A stretch of 64,000 bases of DNA from an uncultured bacterium (lineage in GTDB: Bacteria; Patescibacteriota; Minisyncoccia; Phycocordibacterales; UBA9973): assembly GCA_937903035.1 (NCBI GenBank), contig CALCZP010000004.1, positions 12,570 to 76,569 on the forward strand, read 5' to 3'. Of this stretch, positions 59,868 to 64,000 are shown piece by piece (positions within the stretch are counted from its first letter, which is position 1; every line of letters starts with the position of its first letter). The notes under the pieces were generated by a model that searched no databases, was not told where the DNA came from, and worked only from the letters and a program-made list of their open reading frames with translations. The position numbers and the translations under genes were made by a program.

Positions 59868-59950
59868 GCCGGTGTGGCGGAATGGTAGACGCGATCGACT
59901 CAAAATCGATTACCCGTACGGGTGTGGAGGTTCGAGTCCTCTCTCCGGCA
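59868..59950 (+). tRNA. tRNA-Leu(CAA)
   Basis: Long variable arm, loop CTCAAAA. Confidence 0.95.
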
Positions 59951-59955
59951 CAAGA

Positions 59956-60037
59956 GCCCGAATGGTGGAATTGGTAGACACGTACGCTTCAGGTGCGTAT
60001 ATCGCAAGATGTGGGAGTTCAAGTCTCCCTTCGGGCA
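59956..60037 (+). tRNA. tRNA-Leu(CAG)
   Basis: Long variable arm, loop TTCAGGT. Confidence 0.95.
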
Positions 60038-60038
60038 C

Positions 60039-60866
60039 ATGAGCAAGCAAAAAATTATCGTCGTATGCGGACCGACTGCGACCGGCAAGTCAGATCGCGC
60101 CGTTGAGATCGCTAAAGAAAAAAATGGTGAGGTTATTTCTGCAGATTCACGTCAGGTGTACCGAGGACTCGATACTGGAAGTGGCAAGATTACAACTGAA
60201 GAAATGCAAGGTATTCCCCACCATCTCCTTGATGTGGCTGATCCAGCTGACAAATTCTCAGTCACACAATACCAAACACTTACCAAAGCATGCATTGATG
60301 ACATCATCGCTCGCGGCAAAACGCCCATTATCTGTGGTGGTACCGGACTTTATATTGACGCCATTGTTTCTGGCACCGTATTCCCTGCTGTTCCTCCTAA
60401 TGAAACACTACGCGCTTCCCTTGCAAAGGAACCTCTCGAGTCACTCCAAGAAAAACTACAAACACTCGATCCTGAACGGTATGACATGATCGATGAACAA
60501 AACAGTGTTCGCCTCATCCGTGCCATCGAGATTGCAACAGCACTTGGCAAAGTTCCCGCGCTTGAGACAAAGCGTGAGTATGAAGTTGAATGGATCTACC
60601 TCGACTTTCCTGATGACGTATTAAAATCACGCATTCACGATCGCCTATTGAAGCGCATGGATAGGGGTATGCTTGATGAAGTGAGTAATCTACATGCAAA
60701 AGGAATCTCATGGGAGCGTCTCGAATCCCTCGGACTTGAGTACCGGTACCTCGCACTCTACCTCCAAGAAAAGCTCTCATATGACGACATGCTTCAGCAG
60801 CTTGAGATAGCGATTTGGCATTATGCCAAGCGACAACGAACGTGGTTTAAGAAATACGCGAAGTAA
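60039..60866 (+). CDS. miaA: tRNA dimethylallyltransferase
   Basis: GPTATGKS, ISADSRQVY, GGTGLY, YAKRQRTWF; the ORF-track start lies inside the tRNAs. Confidence 0.95.
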   Translation: MSKQKIIVVCGPTATGKSDRAVEIAKEKNGEVISADSRQVYRGLDTGSGKITTEEMQGIPHHLLDVADPADKFSVTQYQTLTKACIDDIIARGKTPIICGGTGLYIDAIVSGTVFPAVPPNETLRASLAKEPLESLQEKLQTLDPERYDMIDEQNSVRLIRAIEIATALGKVPALETKREYEVEWIYLDFPDDVLKSRIHDRLLKRMDRGMLDEVSNLHAKGISWERLESLGLEYRYLALYLQEKLSYDDMLQQLEIAIWHYAKRQRTWFKKYAK

Positions 60867-60973
60867 AACACCAATATAAAAGCGCATCTTCTTGTGTTTT
60901 CTTTGAAAACATCCGCGAAGCAAATTTCCGCTTTTTATACGGAACGCTGTCACTTGTAAAAAACGAAAATTTG

Positions 60974-61044
60974 CGAGCGATGAGGGAATCGAACCCCCGC
61001 CAAAGGTTTTGGAGACCTTCGTTCTACCATTAAACTAATCGCCC
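60974..61044 (-). tRNA. tRNA-Trp(CCA)
   Basis: GGGCGAT/ATCGCTC acceptor stem, loop CTCCAAA. Confidence 0.95.
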
Positions 61045-61095
61045 AATTTGCCCTGCCACTATAGCAAAAAAGTAGTCTTGCGACTACTTTTTTGT

Positions 61096-61254
61096 TTATT
61101 TCTTTGATTCCTTGAACTTGATGACCTTGCGGAGCTTCTTGGAATATTTGTTGAACTCGAGCTTGATACCCGCGAGTTTCTTGCGGTTCTTTGCAGACCA
61201 GTAGACCTCTCCAGTCTCTTTGTTTACGAGTTTTACGAGATTATCTTGTGACAT
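61096..61254 (-). CDS. rpmG: 50S ribosomal protein L33 (Cys-free)
   Basis: Not in ORF track; MSQDNLVKLVNKETGEVYWSAKNRKKLAGIKLEFNKYSKKLRKVIKFKESKK. Confidence 0.9.
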   Translation of the reverse strand: MSQDNLVKLVNKETGEVYWSAKNRKKLAGIKLEFNKYSKKLRKVIKFKESKK

Positions 61255-61414
61255 AGTGGCAAAACTATAGCACCGAACACGTATTTGGGCAAATCTAGCT
61301 ATACTTGACTTTTATTTTATAAAGTGTTATAAAATATTTAGAGGTTAAGGAAAATACAGCATTTGAAATTATTCGAATCCTGCATTTTTCTTAACCAAAA
61401 AACCGTTCTTTGTT

Positions 61415-62371
61415 ATGAACACAAACACACAGGTACTTAGCGCCGTGAACACGATAGTGACTCACCGCCGTCCTCATATCGATGAAATAGTAGCTATTGT
61501 TCTCTTGAGAGCATATGGTGAAAAAAAGTTTCCCGGCATCAAAAATGCAACACTTGCTTTTTGGGATGCAGGATCAGCAAACACGGATAATAAAAGCTGG
61601 AAGCAACATCACCGTGAAGGCAGAGTATTAATTGGTGTTGGAGGTAGCTGCTTTGATGAGCATCCTTCTGCTACGAATGACAGAAAAGATGGTCACTGTG
61701 CTGCAACTCTTGTTGCTCAGTATCTCGGAATTTCAGATTTACCTGAGCTAGAACAATTGTTAAGGTACACCTTGAACAATGATACAAAGGGTGGCAATAA
61801 CCCTTTTGATCTTGCGGCACTAACCAATCTTATGAATAAGACATGGTTCGACACGAACCCGCAAGGTGCAGTGAACTGGGCAATCCAGGCAGTAGAAATG
61901 CTTTTACAAAAGCAGGTTAAATTCTTTAGGCAAACCGCTAAGGAATTTAATGAATATGCAGAAGTCATCAAATGCGACCACAAAGGGAAAAACATCACTG
62001 TTGTGGCAATTCAAAGCAACGATGAAGACATGGGTGCGTACGCTCGTTCTGACTACGGAGCAAGTGCGGCAATCGTGATTCAACAAAATCAAAAAGGTCA
62101 GGTAAGCATTACTTCTCAAAAAAGAGCAAAGATTGATTTTAGTAAAGCAATCGTTGTTATACGGAGAAAAGAGGCTTATTTGAAAAAAATTGATTTTAGC
62201 AAAATGAACCTCACTATTGAAGGTACTATACCTGAAATTAGCGAATGGTACTACGATGAACCTGCGGCACGTATCTTGAATGGAAGCCTAACAGCACCAA
62301 ATGTTGCGGCAACACAAATTCCATTTGGTGAGTTGATAGGTATGATTATTAAAGCCTTGTCTACTACATAG
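61415..62371 (+). CDS. MYG1/DHH-like metal-dependent hydrolase
   Basis: IVTHRRPHIDEIVA, GVGGSCFDEH, CAATLVA. Confidence 0.65.
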   Translation: MNTNTQVLSAVNTIVTHRRPHIDEIVAIVLLRAYGEKKFPGIKNATLAFWDAGSANTDNKSWKQHHREGRVLIGVGGSCFDEHPSATNDRKDGHCAATLVAQYLGISDLPELEQLLRYTLNNDTKGGNNPFDLAALTNLMNKTWFDTNPQGAVNWAIQAVEMLLQKQVKFFRQTAKEFNEYAEVIKCDHKGKNITVVAIQSNDEDMGAYARSDYGASAAIVIQQNQKGQVSITSQKRAKIDFSKAIVVIRRKEAYLKKIDFSKMNLTIEGTIPEISEWYYDEPAARILNGSLTAPNVAATQIPFGELIGMIIKALSTT

Positions 62372-62447
62372 TAGTGTTCTAAAAGTGCTCTGGTCCCCGA
62401 TATAAATCGGGGACTTTTTTATTTGGTGCTACACTGGTATAACAAAG

Positions 62448-63047
62448 ATGTTTATGAAGAAATCAATACAAGAAACTATGGAGCGCACCAAGAAACTTGA
62501 ACGGACTGCTGATGTCGCAACTCGCTGGATCGGGTCTACTCGTTCACTCCTTGTGCACACCTTCGTCTTTGCCGCAGCCTTCATTGTGCCGTTTTTTGGT
62601 ATTGCCCTTGATCGCGTACTCCTTGTACTCACAACCGCCCTCTCGCTCGAGGCGATCTATCTCGCTATCTTTATCCAAATGTCAGTAAACAAAAACACTG
62701 CTGATATCGAGGTCATCCAAGAAGACGTTGAAGATATCCAAGAAGAGATCGAGGATATTGGTGAAGATGTTGAAGAAATCCAAAAGGATGTCGATGACAT
62801 CGCCGAGGAAATCGAGGATATCGGGGAGGATGTTGAGGAAATTCAGAAAGACGTCGTAGAGATCCAAGAAGACGTGGAAGGTATTGAAAAAGACGTTGAG
62901 GAAATTCAAGGCGACATTGAGGAAATCGAGGAGGATAGCGACGAGGATGTAAAAATTGAGCAAAAAGAGCAGCAAACACTTGCTGCAATTCAGGAAACAC
63001 TTGCGATCCTTCAGAAAGAAATCGAAAGCCTCAAAAAGAAACGTTAG
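62448..63047 (+). CDS. DUF1003-like 2-TM protein with acidic heptad coiled coil
   Basis: WIGS..SL..H, LSLEAIYLAIFIQMSVN, then about 11 D/E-rich heptads. Confidence 0.8.
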   Translation: MFMKKSIQETMERTKKLERTADVATRWIGSTRSLLVHTFVFAAAFIVPFFGIALDRVLLVLTTALSLEAIYLAIFIQMSVNKNTADIEVIQEDVEDIQEEIEDIGEDVEEIQKDVDDIAEEIEDIGEDVEEIQKDVVEIQEDVEGIEKDVEEIQGDIEEIEEDSDEDVKIEQKEQQTLAAIQETLAILQKEIESLKKKR

Positions 63048-63610
63048 ATTGTACGCGCACCCTGTCGCAAGACGATCACTTCACCTTCTTCAAACTTTAC
63101 TATCGTTGATGGCTCACTCACTTTTTCTCCGCCATCAACATACGTATCGATACGCTCACCAAAATATACTTCTGCTTCTGCAACCGTTTGTGCAGGTACT
63201 CCGCCTTGCGGATTTGCACTTGGTGCCACGAGTGGGCCAGTGATTTTCAATAGTTCCAGAAGTTCGAGATTGTCAGGAAAGCGAAATGCGAGTGTGTTGG
63301 TACCACGATGTAGGTATTCAAGATCGGCTTGATAATCATCCCCGATCGGGAGTATGACCGTGACTGCACCTGGCCATAGATCAGTGAGCTTTGAAGTTTC
63401 ATCAGATGAAAGCTCCACACCAAAGTCAGCAAGTCGCTCAATACTATCGATCAATATAATAAACTGTTTGTGTTCATCGCGCCCTTTGAGTTTATAGATA
63501 CGCGCCACCACGTCAGGCAACAATGCACTCCCGACAATGCCATACAGCGTATCTGTTGGGATTACTGCAATACCACCGTCTTTCAATACTTGCACTACTT
63601 CTTCGTTCAT
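63044..63610 (-). CDS. tsaC: L-threonylcarbamoyladenylate synthase
   Basis: PTDTLYG, KGR, WPG, APSAN, LRQG. Confidence 0.93.
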   Translation of the reverse strand: MNEEVVQVLKDGGIAVIPTDTLYGIVGSALLPDVVARIYKLKGRDEHKQFIILIDSIERLADFGVELSSDETSKLTDLWPGAVTVILPIGDDYQADLEYLHRGTNTLAFRFPDNLELLELLKITGPLVAPSANPQGGVPAQTVAEAEVYFGERIDTYVDGGEKVSEPSTIVKFEEGEVIVLRQGARTI

Positions 63611-63702
63611 TGTTTAAAAAATTAAAATTCTATTTGTCCGACTCCGGCCTTGGGAGGGCCTCCGCTGGATGATTGAATTCAAAATATGAAAACGTGGCCG
63701 TT

Positions 63703-64000
63703 TTATATTTTAAACTCGATCACATCACCGTCTTTGACGATGTAGTCCTTACCTTCAGTACGAACCAATCCTTTTGATCGAGCATTCCCGTATGATCCTG
63801 CATCCAGAAGGTCACTCCAAAAGATCACTTCAGCGCGGATGAATTTATCCTTAAAGTCGGTATGAATCGCTGTACCTGCAATTGGTGCAGTACTCCCCTT
63901 TGCAATCGTCCATGCACGAGTCTCGTCTTCACCGGTGGTGAAAAATGTCTCAAGGCCTAGGAGCTTGTACGCAGCGGTAATGAGGTTGTTAATACCATCG
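63703..64000 (-). CDS. ychF: Redox-regulated ATPase YchF (3' part)
   Basis: FFTTGEDETRAWT, AIHTDF, EGKDYIVKDGDVIEFKI-stop. Confidence 0.95.
   Translation of the reverse strand, partial: DGINNLITAAYKLLGLETFFTTGEDETRAWTIAKGSTAPIAGTAIHTDFKDKFIRAEVIFWSDLLDAGSYGNARSKGLVRTEGKDYIVKDGDVIEFKI

Noticed and set aside
59922-60038. N-terminal extension of MiaA
   Set aside because: It is translation through two tRNA-Leu genes; homology begins at ATG 60039.
60974-61044. Alternative genetic code (UGA read-through)
   Set aside because: tRNA-Trp has a CCA anticodon, genes such as rsmH end at TGA, and ORFs are intact under code 11.
63635-63711. Small GC-rich hairpins between ychF and tsaC as a possible ncRNA
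   Set aside because: No SRP or riboswitch motif recognised; the pairing is too weak to support a call.

Overview
64-kb segment of a Patescibacteria (CPR, Parcubacteria/Paceibacteria-like) chromosome using the standard code 11. The taxonomy is inferred from short L13, AlaRS and Rel proteins, a PaaX-like gene, a baseplate-J/FtsA-like pair and leaderless starts. Most of the window is core genes: lysS, dnaJ/dnaK/grpE, the rps/rpl/rpoA block, alaS, dcw genes, greA, dnaX, serS, dprA-topA, rel, parB, miaA, tsaC, ychF and five tRNAs. The first ~6.6 kb is the right end of an integrated element. It carries a terminase-small-like HTH, a ParB-methylase and a tight lexA-DUF2188-cdnE-cap15 operon, a candidate SOS-inducible CBASS. 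Next come a structured non-coding element and a HEPN-like + trypsin-protease gene pair bounded by a recurring 14-bp site, CTCGAGAAG(G/C)GTC(A/G). The same site forms a full palindrome beside tRNA-Gln at the edge of a CsoR-regulated copper island. Other notable items are a eukaryote-type arginine kinase, an unannotated 25-aa very basic peptide gene, a G-U-rich hairpin in the dnaK leader, miaA starting 1 nt after a tRNA-Leu, and many AT-rich single-gene inserts with their own promoter and terminator. All protein calls come from motif recognition by eye; no database searches were run.
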